In this document: positions 13,033-25,485 of the stretch, one piece after another
Numbering within the stretch: position 1 is the stretch's first letter
Layout of the letters: each line of letters begins with the position of its first letter
Assembly (NCBI GenBank): GCA_002304435.1
Contig: NEUZ01000001.1
Location: forward strand, 11,722-75,721
DNA: 64,000 bases
Reading direction: 5' to 3'
DNA from: Opitutia bacterium Tous-C8FEB
GTDB taxonomy: Bacteria; Verrucomicrobiota; Verrucomicrobiia; Opitutales; Opitutaceae
Program-made: the position numbers and the translations under genes
Notes under the pieces: generated by a model
What the model was told of the DNA's origin: nothing
Seen by the model: the letters and a program-made list of their open reading frames with translations, nothing else
The model's database searches: none

Positions 13033-13037
13033 ACCCT
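13010..13037 (+). promoter_or_regulatory. Sigma70-like promoter for ileS
   Basis: TTGACT-16bp-TACCCT, ending 17 bp before the ileS ATG. Confidence 0.5.
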
Positions 13038-13054
13038 CCGCCCCTTTTCCCGGT

Positions 13055-15934
13055 ATGGCCCAAGATCTCAAGGACACCCTGCAGTTGCCGCGTACCGGCT
13101 TCCCGATGCGGGCCGCGCTGGCGCAGCGCGAGCCGGGCCGCGTCGCCCACTGGGAGAAATTAGGGCTTTACCACCGCATCCAAGAGTGGCGCCGCGAGGC
13201 GCCCCGCGCGTTCGTCCTGCACGACGGCCCGCCCTTCACCAACGGGGACGTCCACATCGGCACCGCGCTCAACAAGGTGCTCAAGGACACCCTCAACCGG
13301 TACAAGTCGATGCGGGGCTTCCGCACCCCCTTCGTGCCCGGCTGGGACTGCCACGGGCTGCCGATCGAGCAGAAGGTCTCCCGCGAACTGCAGGCGCAGC
13401 AGCAGGTCCTCTCGACCGCGCAGCTCCGGGCGAAATGTGACGCGTTTGCCGAGGGCTGGATCACGACCCAAACCCGCCAGTTCAAGCGCCTCGGCGTGCT
13501 GGCCGACTGGGAAAACCAGTACAAAACGAAGGATCCGGCGTTCGAGGCGGACATTATCCGCACCTTCGCCGCGTTCGTCGAGCGGGGCCTCGTCTACCGC
13601 AGCAAGAAGCCCGTCTACTGGAGCATCCCGTTCGAGACCGCGCTCGCCGAGGCGGAGATCGAGTATCGCGACCACGTCTCGCCCTCGATCTGGGTCCGCT
13701 TCCCCGTCCCCGCGGCCGAGGCGGCCCGGCTCAACCTCCCCGCGGAAGCACCACTCTCGGTCCTGATCTGGACAACGACGCCGTGGACCATCCCCGCCAA
13801 CCTTGCCGTCGCGGTCCATCCCGAGGTGGACTACGTGGTGGCGGATCTTGGCGCGGAACGCATTGTGGTCGCCGCCGCCCTGCTGCCGGCCGTGCTGGCG
13901 GCCGCCGGGCTCCCGCCCGCCGCCCCGATCCTGCATACGCTCAAGGGGGCGGCCATCGCGGGACTAGCTCCACGCCATCCCTTCCTCGACCGTACCGCCC
14001 CCGTGGTGCTGGCGGACTACGTTACCACCGACAGCGGCACCGGGTGCGTGCATACCGCCCCGGGCCACGGCGCCGAGGACTATCTCACGGGCCTGCGCTG
14101 CGGGCTGGAGATCTATTGCCCGGTGGGCAACGACGGCCGGTATCTGGACGATGGCCGTCTGCCCGCGGATCTCGTCGGCCTTTCCACCCTCGAGAGCGTA
14201 GAGGATCTGGCCGCGAAGCGCACCTCGCCGGCGAATATCGCCATCCTGAAGAAGCTGGCCGCGGCCGGTGCCCTCTTCGCCAAGGCGCGCTACACCCACA
14301 GTTACCCGCATTGCTGGCGCTCCAAGACGCCGATTGTCTTCCGCGCGGTGGACCAGTGGTTCATCTCGCTAGACCGCGACGGCCGCCGCGCCGCGGCGCT
14401 TCGGGAGATCGGGCGCATCGCGGACACCAAGGGCTGGATTCCCGCCCACGGCGAGGCCCGGATCCGCGCGGCGGTCGAGTCCCGGCCCGACTGGTGCGTC
14501 AGCCGCCAGCGTGCCTGGGGCGTCCCAATCCCCGCGTTCTTCGACGCGGCTGGCCGCGCCTTCCTCGACGCGGGCGTCGCGCGCGCCATCGCGGCCAAGC
14601 TCGAGGCCCGCGGCTCCAACTTCTGGTTCGAGGCCACCCCGGCCGAAATCCTCGAGGGCATCCCGCTCCCGGCGGGCTGGCCCGCCGCCGCCGAACTGCA
14701 ACGCGGACGCGACACCCTCGACGTCTGGATCGATTCCGGGAGCTCGCACGCGGCGACGCTCCGCCGGGGCGTGGGCGGCACGCAGTGGCCGGCCGACCTC
14801 TACCTCGAGGGCAGTGATCAGCACCGCGGCTGGTTCCAGTCTTCCCTCTGGACGAGCGTCGCCGCCTACGATGCCGCGCCGTACCGCGCCGTGCTCACCC
14901 ACGGGTTCATCGTGGGCAAGGACGGCAAGAAGATCTCCAAGTCCGGCCAGTACGAGAAGCCGCCCACCTCGGACAACTACGTCGGCCACTACGGGGCCGA
15001 TGTCATCCGGTGGTGGATCGCCTCGCAGGACTTTCGCGAGGACATCCGCGTCTCCGACCTCGACCAGGACCTCAAAAACCCGAGCAGCATCCTCAACGTG
15101 GTCGCGGAGAGCTACCGATTGGTCCGCAACACCCTGCGTTACCAACTCTCGAACCTCTTCGACTTCGACCCCGCCCGCGACGCCATGCCACACGAACGGC
15201 TGGACCTGATCGACCGCTGGGCCCTCCACCAGACGGCGGTTCTGCTCCGGGACTGCACCGCGGCTTACGACGCCTGCGAGTTCCACCGCGTCTACCAGCT
15301 CTGCAACCAATTCTGCGCGGTGACCCTCTCCGCGGTCTACCACGACCTGCTCAAGGACCGCCTCTACACGCACGGGACGCGCTCGGCCCTGCGGCGCTCG
15401 TCGCAGACCGCCCTCCACGGCATCTTCCACACCCTCGTGCGCCTGCTCGCGCCCGTGCTGACCTTCACCTGCGACGAGGCATGGAGCTTCGCCGCGACCG
15501 GCGAGGAGTACGCGGACGGCTCGGTTCACCTCGAGGACTGGCCCGCAGCCGGAGTCGGCTGGCTCGATTCGGCAGCTGATGCCGAGGTGTCCGCCCTGCT
15601 CCGCATCCGCGGGCAGGTGAACGAGACCCTCGAGCCGCTGCGCGCCGCGGGGCGGATCGGCAAGTCGCTCGACGCCGCCGTCACCCTGCGCGCTCCCCGT
15701 AGCGGCGAGACCGCGGCCCTGCTCGAGCGCCATCGCGAGGCGCTGGCGGAGCTCCTCATCGTCTCCCACGTGGAGCTCGCCGCGGGCGAAGGTGACACCC
15801 TCGCGGTAGAAGCGCGGCCCTGCGCCGAGGCGGGACTGGTCCGCTGCCCCCGTTGCTGGCGCTGGGTGCCCGCCCTCGTCCCGACGCCCCGCGGGGAGAC
15901 CTGCCCCCGCTGCGCCGAAGCTCTTGCCCCTTAA
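13055..15934 (+). CDS. ileS: Isoleucine--tRNA ligase (type 1)
   Basis: LHDGPPF, HIGT, GWDCHGLPIE, WTTTPWT, LEGSDQHRGWFQSS, KISKS, C-terminal CPRC..CPRC. Confidence 0.97.
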   Translation: MAQDLKDTLQLPRTGFPMRAALAQREPGRVAHWEKLGLYHRIQEWRREAPRAFVLHDGPPFTNGDVHIGTALNKVLKDTLNRYKSMRGFRTPFVPGWDCHGLPIEQKVSRELQAQQQVLSTAQLRAKCDAFAEGWITTQTRQFKRLGVLADWENQYKTKDPAFEADIIRTFAAFVERGLVYRSKKPVYWSIPFETALAEAEIEYRDHVSPSIWVRFPVPAAEAARLNLPAEAPLSVLIWTTTPWTIPANLAVAVHPEVDYVVADLGAERIVVAAALLPAVLAAAGLPPAAPILHTLKGAAIAGLAPRHPFLDRTAPVVLADYVTTDSGTGCVHTAPGHGAEDYLTGLRCGLEIYCPVGNDGRYLDDGRLPADLVGLSTLESVEDLAAKRTSPANIAILKKLAAAGALFAKARYTHSYPHCWRSKTPIVFRAVDQWFISLDRDGRRAAALREIGRIADTKGWIPAHGEARIRAAVESRPDWCVSRQRAWGVPIPAFFDAAGRAFLDAGVARAIAAKLEARGSNFWFEATPAEILEGIPLPAGWPAAAELQRGRDTLDVWIDSGSSHAATLRRGVGGTQWPADLYLEGSDQHRGWFQSSLWTSVAAYDAAPYRAVLTHGFIVGKDGKKISKSGQYEKPPTSDNYVGHYGADVIRWWIASQDFREDIRVSDLDQDLKNPSSILNVVAESYRLVRNTLRYQLSNLFDFDPARDAMPHERLDLIDRWALHQTAVLLRDCTAAYDACEFHRVYQLCNQFCAVTLSAVYHDLLKDRLYTHGTRSALRRSSQTALHGIFHTLVRLLAPVLTFTCDEAWSFAATGEEYADGSVHLEDWPAAGVGWLDSAADAEVSALLRIRGQVNETLEPLRAAGRIGKSLDAAVTLRAPRSGETAALLERHREALAELLIVSHVELAAGEGDTLAVEARPCAEAGLVRCPRCWRWVPALVPTPRGETCPRCAEALAP

Positions 15935-15944
15935 CCCCTGAACC

Positions 15945-16880
15945 ATGGCCTCGAAAAAACCCGCCCCCTCCCCCGCGAAGCCGGCCGCCGGCAAGCCGGC
16001 CGCGAAGAGACCCGTGAAACCCGCCGCCAAGCCCGCCGCCCCGGCTCCGAAGCCGGCCGCCGCCAAGCCCGCCGCCAAGGCCGGCAAGGTCGACGCGGCC
16101 CCAAAGCCGGCGGCGAAGCCCGCCGGCGCCTCCACTCCTCCCATGGAAAAACCGTCCAAGAAGAACGCGCTGCGCGACTCGATCCTGAAACGCAAGGGCG
16201 CGGCCAAGCCCATCGCCTTCAGCCTCGATGAGGTCCGGGCCATTGCCCAGACCGTCACCAGCCGCACCAACATCCCCTTTGCCGGCAAGACGGGCAAACC
16301 GGGCAAGGCGGTGGAGGTCGCGCCCAAGGCGAAACCGCAGCACGTCAAGGCCGCCTCGCTGACGGACATCCTCGGCTTCAATCCGAAGCGCGGGAAGGCC
16401 GCGCCCACCGAGTCGGATCGCGAGGTGCCGGAGAAATTCAAGCGTTTCCACCGGCTGCTCGTCGAGCTGCGCTCGCATCTCACTGAGGATATCGAGCGGC
16501 ACTCCGAGGAAACCCTGAAGCGCTCCGCGAAGGACGACGCCGGCGACCTCTCCGCCTACGGCCAGCATATGGCCGACGCGGGCACCGACACCTTCGACCG
16601 CGACTTCGCCCTCAGCATGGTGGCGAGCGAGCAGGAGGCGCTCTCGGAGATCGACGCCGCGATCAAGCGCATCCACGACGGCAGCTACGGCATCTGCGAG
16701 ATCACGCAGAAGCCGATCGCGAAGGAGCGGCTGCTGGCGGTGCCCTTCACCCGGCATTCGGCCGAGGCCCAGAAGGACCTCGAGCGCAACCGCCACCGCG
16801 CGCGGACGCAGGCTGGCCTCTTCGGCGAGATGGGCGAGGAGGGCGGCAAGGTGATGGAGGACTCCGGCGGCGAAGATTGA
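15945..16880 (+). CDS. dksA: TraR/DksA family transcription factor with Lys/Ala/Pro-rich N-terminus
   Basis: Coiled coil with HMADAGTD; EIDAAIKRIHDGSYGICEIT...ERLLAVP. Confidence 0.85.
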   Translation: MASKKPAPSPAKPAAGKPAAKRPVKPAAKPAAPAPKPAAAKPAAKAGKVDAAPKPAAKPAGASTPPMEKPSKKNALRDSILKRKGAAKPIAFSLDEVRAIAQTVTSRTNIPFAGKTGKPGKAVEVAPKAKPQHVKAASLTDILGFNPKRGKAAPTESDREVPEKFKRFHRLLVELRSHLTEDIERHSEETLKRSAKDDAGDLSAYGQHMADAGTDTFDRDFALSMVASEQEALSEIDAAIKRIHDGSYGICEITQKPIAKERLLAVPFTRHSAEAQKDLERNRHRARTQAGLFGEMGEEGGKVMEDSGGED

Positions 16881-16900
16881 GCCGCGCCCGCGGAGCCGCG

Positions 16901-17440
16901 ATGTCCACCCCGCAGGCCCCGGTCTCCGGCCCCCGCTGGCACGCCTACCGGCGGCTCTGGCGGCTCCTCGCGCTCACGCTCGTGCTAGACCAGGCTACCA
17001 AGCTCTGGGTCGTCGCGCGCATCCCCTACAACCCGCTGCACTCGCACGGCCTGGGCCAGGACCACGAGGTCATCCCCGGGTTTTTCTACCTGATCCACGT
17101 CGGCAACACCGGAGCCGCCTGGAGCATCCTGTCGGGTCGCAGCCTGCTGCTGGCGGGACTTGCGGCCACAACCTTGGTCGCGATCTTTTTCTGGCGGCAT
17201 TCGCTCGGTCTCCGCGACCCGCGCCATCAGACCTGCTTCGGCCTGCTGTGCGGCGGGGTGGTCGGAAACCTCATCGACCGGATCGCGCACGGGCACGTAG
17301 TAGACTTCATTGACCTGCATTTCGGCTCGTACATCTACCCCACTTTCAATGTCGCCGACAGCGGGATCTGCATCGGGGTGCTGCTCTACCTGTGGCATTC
17401 CCTCCGCGCGCCGGAGCCGGGTGCTGGCCCCTCAGCGTAA
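16901..17440 (+). CDS. lspA: Lipoprotein signal peptidase II
   Basis: LDQATK, NTGAAWS, GNLIDR, VVDFID, FNVADSGI; alternative TTG start at 16877. Confidence 0.95.
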   Translation: MSTPQAPVSGPRWHAYRRLWRLLALTLVLDQATKLWVVARIPYNPLHSHGLGQDHEVIPGFFYLIHVGNTGAAWSILSGRSLLLAGLAATTLVAIFFWRHSLGLRDPRHQTCFGLLCGGVVGNLIDRIAHGHVVDFIDLHFGSYIYPTFNVADSGICIGVLLYLWHSLRAPEPGAGPSA

Positions 17441-17521
17441 CCGCACGCCGGGAAACCCTCGCCGCCGCGGAGAAACTCCTTGGCGCTGCGGCCCCCGCCC
17501 GCGAGCATCTGCCCTCCTGTT

Positions 17522-18859
17522 GTGTCGCCGCTCCCTGACCGCCTTCCCGTCACGCCGTTCATCCGGCCCTCCCGGAGTGAAGTCCGCCTACCGGGTTCCA
17601 AGAGCCTCACCAACCGCGCGCTCCTACTCGGGGCGTTGTCCCGCGGTCCGGTCACCCTGACGGGCGCGCTTGCCAGCGAGGACACCCAACTAATGGCGCA
17701 GGCCCTGCGCCGCTTGGGCGTGAGGGTGGACGCCGACGGCACCACGCTACGCATCTCCGGCCAGGAACACGCCCTGCGGGGCGGCGAGGCGGAGTTGTTT
17801 GTAGGACTCGCGGGAACGGCGGCGCGTTTCCTCACCGCCCTCTGCGCCGCGGCACCGGCGGGCACCTACCGGCTCGACGGCGTGCCCCAGATGCGGCGCC
17901 GGCCGATGCAGCCCCTCATCCACGCCCTGCGGCAACTGGGCGCTGATATCCGGTGCCTCGGCGAGGAGGGCTTCTTCCCTCTCGAGATCCACGCCCGCGG
18001 CCTCGCCGGAGGCCGGGTGGACCTCGACCCACGCGAGAGCAGCCAGCTCCTCTCCGCGCTGCTGATGGTCGCGCCGCTCGCCCGGGCCGAGGTTGAAATC
18101 CGCCTGACCGGTGAGGTGCGCCGCCCCTTCGTGGATATGACCGCAGCGCTGCTCACGCGGTTCGGTCAGCCGGCCCCGGTCTGGCGCGGTCGGGACCTGA
18201 TCGCGGTCCAGCCCCACGCCGCGTATGCGCCTCCCGGCGGGACTTGCGGCATTGAGCCCGACGCCACCGCCGCGAGCTACTTCCTGGCCCTGCCGCTGGT
18301 CGCCGGGGGCACCCTGTCCTTGCCTGGACTCCACCCGCCCGGAACGGGGCTGCAGGGCGATACCCAGTTCATCCGGGTGCTGGAGGGCTGCGGTCTCGGG
18401 GTGACGGCAGATGCCGGCGGCCTGCGCGTAGCCGCCCGGCCGGGCCGCCCGCGGGCCACCCGCACCGACTTCAGCGGTTTCTCGGACACGTTTCTGACCC
18501 TGGCGGCGATCGCGCCGCTGCTGGACGGGACGACCCGGATCGAGGGCATCGCCCACACCCGCAAGCAGGAGACGGACCGCGTGGCGGGAATGGCGCGGGA
18601 ACTCCGCCGCCTGGGCCAGGAGGTGCGCGAGGAGGAGGGCGCGCTCGAGATCACCCCGCGGCCGCTGCGGGTGGACCAGACCATCGACACGCACGGGGAC
18701 CACCGCTTCGCGATGAGTTTCGCGATCCTCGGCTGTCACGATCTCCGGGGGGACGGCCGACCCTGGCTGACCCTCGCCGATCCCGGCTGCTGCGCGAAGA
18801 CCTTCCCCGGCTTCTTCGCGGTCCTCGAGGAACTCCGCCGGGCCAGTCTGAACTCCTGA
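17522..18859 (+). CDS. aroA: EPSP synthase
   Basis: LPGSKSLTNR, AGTAARF, SSQLLS, KQETDR, DHRFAMSF; GTG start chosen, uncertain. Confidence 0.95.
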   Translation: MSPLPDRLPVTPFIRPSRSEVRLPGSKSLTNRALLLGALSRGPVTLTGALASEDTQLMAQALRRLGVRVDADGTTLRISGQEHALRGGEAELFVGLAGTAARFLTALCAAAPAGTYRLDGVPQMRRRPMQPLIHALRQLGADIRCLGEEGFFPLEIHARGLAGGRVDLDPRESSQLLSALLMVAPLARAEVEIRLTGEVRRPFVDMTAALLTRFGQPAPVWRGRDLIAVQPHAAYAPPGGTCGIEPDATAASYFLALPLVAGGTLSLPGLHPPGTGLQGDTQFIRVLEGCGLGVTADAGGLRVAARPGRPRATRTDFSGFSDTFLTLAAIAPLLDGTTRIEGIAHTRKQETDRVAGMARELRRLGQEVREEEGALEITPRPLRVDQTIDTHGDHRFAMSFAILGCHDLRGDGRPWLTLADPGCCAKTFPGFFAVLEELRRASLNS

Positions 18860-19530
18860 TGGAAACGCGCCCCTTTCTCATCGTCGCCATCGATGGCGGC
18901 GCCGCCTCGGGCAAATCCTCCACCGCGCGAGCCCTAAGCGCCCGCTTCCACCTGCTGCACGTGGACACGGGCTCGTTCTACCGGGCCGTCACCGCGGTGC
19001 TGCTCCGGCGCGGCGTCGCGGCGGACGACCCCGCGCGGATCGAGGCCGAGGTGGCCTCGCTCCGGCTCGGGACCCGCATCACGGGGCGCTCGGCCGGGAT
19101 GGAGATCAACGGCGAGATGATTCCGGACGCGGAGATCCGCGGCGCAGCGGTGAACGGGGCCGTCTCCCACGTCGCCGCGTTGCCCGCGGTGCGAGCCGCG
19201 CTCCTCGCCTACCAGCGTGGCCAGGAGAGCGTGGCCCGAACGGGCGGTTTCCGGGGCCTCGTGATGGAGGGACGCGACATTGGGTCGGTGATCTTCCCGA
19301 GCGCACCCTGCCGTTTCTTTCTCCACGCGGACCCGACGGAGCGCGCGCGCCGGCGCGCCCGCGAGGGCGGCCAGGACGCGATCGCGCTGCGGGACCAACT
19401 TGATTCCTCGCGCAAGGCGGCCCCCCTCGCCTGCCCGCCGGGCGCGGTGGCGGTGGACACCACCCACCAGGGCCTAGACGAGGTGGTCGCGCTGCTCTCT
19501 CAACCCATCGCGGAGCATTTGGGCGGATGA
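18859..19530 (+). CDS. cmk: Cytidylate kinase
   Basis: AIDGGAASGKSS, VDTG, MEGRDIGSVIFP; TGATG coupling to aroA. Confidence 0.95.
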   Translation: METRPFLIVAIDGGAASGKSSTARALSARFHLLHVDTGSFYRAVTAVLLRRGVAADDPARIEAEVASLRLGTRITGRSAGMEINGEMIPDAEIRGAAVNGAVSHVAALPAVRAALLAYQRGQESVARTGGFRGLVMEGRDIGSVIFPSAPCRFFLHADPTERARRRAREGGQDAIALRDQLDSSRKAAPLACPPGAVAVDTTHQGLDEVVALLSQPIAEHLGG

Positions 19531-20186
19531 GCGCGGCGTTTCCCCAGACCTCGATGCAGCCGGTCTACGGCTTCTGCCACTACTGGCTGAGGGTGTCGTA
19601 CGAGATGTTCTTCCGCGGCGAGGTGTGCGGGCTGGAGCACGTGCCAGCCCGCGGCGGTTTCCTCCTCGCCGCGAACCACGCGAGCTTCATCGATCCACCG
19701 ATGATCGGCTGCCAGCTCCCGCGGCAGATCGCCTACTTCGCGCGGAAGACTCTCTGGAAGGGGGGCTTCTCCTCGTGGTGGCTCGACGCGGTCGGCACCA
19801 TCCCGGTGGACCGCGACGGCGGGCAGGACGTCAGCGCAATCAAACGCGTGCTCCGCGCGCTGCGCGAGGAGCGGGGGCTCATCCTCTTCCCGGAGGGCAC
19901 CCGCACGCCGGATGGCCAACTGCAGCCGGCCAAGGCGGGCGTGGGCTTCATCGCGGTCAAGACCCAGGTCCCGGTGGTGCCGGTGCGGATCTTCGGTTCC
20001 CACGAGGCCTTTGGGCGGGACCGCCCGCTGCGGCTCGGCACGCCGGTTTCGGTCGTGTTCGGCGCGCCGATCCTCCCGGCCGCCTACGACGACCCGCGGG
20101 CCGGCAAGGAACGCGCGCAGGTGGCCAGCGACCGCATTATGGCGCACATCGCGCGGCTCACCCCGCCGGGCAGCCGCGTGGTCTGA
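19527..20186 (+). CDS. plsC: Lysophospholipid (1-acyl-G3P) acyltransferase
   Basis: NHASFID, FPEGTRT; ATGA overlap with cmk. Confidence 0.88.
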   Translation: MSAAFPQTSMQPVYGFCHYWLRVSYEMFFRGEVCGLEHVPARGGFLLAANHASFIDPPMIGCQLPRQIAYFARKTLWKGGFSSWWLDAVGTIPVDRDGGQDVSAIKRVLRALREERGLILFPEGTRTPDGQLQPAKAGVGFIAVKTQVPVVPVRIFGSHEAFGRDRPLRLGTPVSVVFGAPILPAAYDDPRAGKERAQVASDRIMAHIARLTPPGSRVV

Positions 20187-20207
20187 GCCCTGCGCTGGGG
20201 CCGCCCC

Positions 20208-20723
20208 TCAACCCGGCATCGGGCCAGAGCGCTCGCGCAGAATAGCGAGTACATCCTGGAACTTACTGCGGTTCGCCTCATCCGCCGCCACGAGGTTCTC
20301 GTGAGCCTCCAGCACCAGCCGCGCACTCTCGGCCTCACTCTGACGGCGGACCTGGAGGGCGGTGTCAAAGTTGCCCAGCCCCACGACACCGCCGGAACTA
20401 TCGAGCGTGAGCAGGCGGTGCAGGCCCAGGTTGCGCATCAGCTCGAGGTTCCGCGTCCCCGCCCGCACGATCACCAGGCTCCCCTCCGGGGCGGTCCGCC
20501 GGATCTCGATCGCGGCGCCGGCTAGGACGCCGAGGAAGGTGGAATCGACCCCCTCGCAGCCGGCGAAATCCAGCACCAGCCGCGGTTTGCCCATCGCCAG
20601 CATCCGCGCGATGAACTCGCGGAGACAGGCACTGTTCTGGAACGTGGCGCGCCCGTCGACCCGCACCAGCACCGGGTCCGACGAGGTGTCGGCCCTGAAG
20701 ACGGGGGTGGGCGCGTCAGGCAT
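20208..20723 (-). CDS. STAS-domain anti-sigma-factor antagonist
   Basis: LDFAGCEGVDSTFLGVL (phospho-Ser motif); EAHENL C-terminal extension. Confidence 0.85.
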   Translation of the reverse strand: MPDAPTPVFRADTSSDPVLVRVDGRATFQNSACLREFIARMLAMGKPRLVLDFAGCEGVDSTFLGVLAGAAIEIRRTAPEGSLVIVRAGTRNLELMRNLGLHRLLTLDSSGGVVGLGNFDTALQVRRQSEAESARLVLEAHENLVAADEANRSKFQDVLAILRERSGPMPG

Positions 20724-20773
20724 CGGGCGGGGAGCCGGCCGGGACGCCCGTGCGCCCGCGACCGGCGCACGGG

Positions 20774-23476
<2,703 letters not shown>

Positions 23477-23512
23477 TGGAAAACGAAGGGGACAGCCGCA
23501 GGGGGATGGGCG

Positions 23513-23552
23513 CACGCGCGCGCCGCCGGGGCGGCTGCCCGGCGGCGGCGTG
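23513..23552. other. GC-rich stem-loop between the peroxiredoxin gene and acnA
   Basis: CGCCGCCGGG (23521-23530) pairs with CCCGGCGGCG (23538-23547); extended by CACGC/GCGTG. Confidence 0.5.
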
Positions 23553-23560
23553 AAACCGGA

Positions 23561-24034
23561 TCAGCTGGCCAGCGCAGCCTTGATCGCGTCGAAGTTCGGC
23601 AGGTCCTTCGGCGTGGGGGTCTGCTCGGCGTACTTCACCACGCCATCACGGCCAATGACGAACGCGGCGCGCGCTGCGGTGTCGCCCACGCCCGCGAGCA
23701 TCGGGAAGAGCACGCCATAGGCGCGGGTGACCTCCTTATTGAGGTCGCTGACGAGGGGGATCGAGATCCGGTTGGCCTTGGCCCACGCCTCCTGGGCGAA
23801 CGGGCTGTCGACGCTCACGCCGATCACCTCGGCGCCGAGCTGGGCATACTGCTCGAGCCCGGCCGACTGGTCACACATCTCCTGGGTGCAGACGCCGGTG
23901 AAGGCCAGGGGGAAGAACAGCAGCACGGTCTGCTTCTGCCCGAGGTTGCGGCTGAGGGTGACGTCCTGGAGGCCTTCCGGCGTCTTGGTCTTGAGGGTGA
24001 AGTCCGGGGCTTTGGTTCCGACGGCGATGGGCAT
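23561..24034 (-). CDS. Peroxiredoxin (AhpC/TSA, AhpE-like)
   Basis: APDFTL; FFPLAFTGVCTQEMC (PxxxTxxC). Confidence 0.9.
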   Translation of the reverse strand: MPIAVGTKAPDFTLKTKTPEGLQDVTLSRNLGQKQTVLLFFPLAFTGVCTQEMCDQSAGLEQYAQLGAEVIGVSVDSPFAQEAWAKANRISIPLVSDLNKEVTRAYGVLFPMLAGVGDTAARAAFVIGRDGVVKYAEQTPTPKDLPNFDAIKAALAS

Positions 24035-24204
24035 AGTGAGGGCGGTGGGTTGGCGGTTGGTCAGACCCGGGCGCTTGGTCCCGGGAAGAAAGGTCACGTT
24101 GAGCGCCGCCCCGGTGCCCCGCAAATCGATTCTCGCGGCGGCGCCCCGCGCGGAATCCGCACTTGCGCGCGCCCGCCCGCCCTCCGTTTACTCCCGGGTC
24201 CCGC

Positions 24205-25485
24205 ATGAACATCCTCGATGAGCTGCGCTGGCGCGGCCTCCTCGCCGACTGCACCGATCCCGTCGCGCTTCGCGCCCGCCTCGAGCAGGGCCCGATCACG
24301 CTTTACTGCGGCTTCGACCCCACCGCCGACTCCCTCCACGTCGGCAACTTGGTCCCGCTGCTGGCGCTGCGCCGCTTCCAGCTCCTCGGGCACCACCCGA
24401 TCGCCCTCGCCGGCGGCGCCACCGGGATGGTCGGCGATCCCTCCGGCAAGTCCGCGGAGCGCAACCTGCAGACGCCGGAGCAGGTCGAGCACAACATCGC
24501 CGCGATCCGCGGCCAGCTGACCCAGTTCCTCGATTTCGACGTCCGCGCCAACCCCGCCCGCCTCGTCAACAACCACGACTGGACCGGGCCGCTGACCCTG
24601 CTCGAGTTCCTGCGCGATGTCGGCAAACACATCTCGGTCAACTCAATGGTGGCGAAGGACTCCGTCCGCTCGCGGATGGAGGACCGCGAGGCCGGGATCA
24701 GCTACACGGAGTTTAGCTATATGCTGCTCCAAGGTTACGATTTCTACCACCTGCGCCACGCCCTCGGCTGCGAGCTGCAGATCGGCGCGACCGACCAGTG
24801 GGGCAACATCACCGTCGGCACGGAGCTCACCCGCAAGAAGCTCGGCGCCACCGTGTGGGGCCTCGTGTTCCCGCTCCTGACCAAAGCCGACGGCTCCAAG
24901 TACGGTAAGACCGCGACCGGCACCGTCTGGCTGGATCCGCGCCGCACCTCGCCCTACCGCTTCTACCAGTTCTTCGTGAACGCCGAGGACGCCGACGTCG
25001 GGAAGCTGCTGCGCACGCTAACCTTCCTCAACGCGGAGGAGATTGCGGCCCTCGAGCGCGAGGTGGCCGCCAACCCGGGCGCCCGCGCCGCCCAGAAGGC
25101 GCTCGCGCGCGAGATGACCCGGCTGGTGCACGGGGAAGACCGGCTGGCTGGCGCGCTCCGTGCAAGTGATGCCCTGTTCGGCGGCCCGCTCGACGGCCTC
25201 ACGACGGAGGATTTCCAGGACATCATCGCGGAAATCCCTCGGCACGCCCTCGAGCGCACCCGCCTCTCCGGCGCCGGCGCCCCGCTCGGGGACCTGCTGG
25301 TGCACGCCGGCCTCTGTCCCTCCAAGGGCCAGGCGCGCAAGGACATCGAGGGCGGCGGCATTTACGTGAACAACCAGCGCGCCGCGGAGATCAGCCGCAC
25401 GCTCGGCGAGGCCGATGTGCTGCACGGCCGGTACGTGCTGCTGCGCAAGGGCAAGCGCAGCTACGCCGTGCTGGAACTGGCCTGA
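24205..25485 (+). CDS. tyrS: Tyrosine--tRNA ligase
   Basis: YCGFDPTADSLHVGN, QIGATDQWGNI, KYGKT, C-terminal S4 domain. Confidence 0.97.
   Translation: MNILDELRWRGLLADCTDPVALRARLEQGPITLYCGFDPTADSLHVGNLVPLLALRRFQLLGHHPIALAGGATGMVGDPSGKSAERNLQTPEQVEHNIAAIRGQLTQFLDFDVRANPARLVNNHDWTGPLTLLEFLRDVGKHISVNSMVAKDSVRSRMEDREAGISYTEFSYMLLQGYDFYHLRHALGCELQIGATDQWGNITVGTELTRKKLGATVWGLVFPLLTKADGSKYGKTATGTVWLDPRRTSPYRFYQFFVNAEDADVGKLLRTLTFLNAEEIAALEREVAANPGARAAQKALAREMTRLVHGEDRLAGALRASDALFGGPLDGLTTEDFQDIIAEIPRHALERTRLSGAGAPLGDLLVHAGLCPSKGQARKDIEGGGIYVNNQRAAEISRTLGEADVLHGRYVLLRKGKRSYAVLELA

Noticed and set aside
15960-16130. Tandem AAGCC(G/C)GCCGC repeats
   Set aside because: They encode the KPAA repeats of DksA; not a CRISPR array or a non-coding repeat
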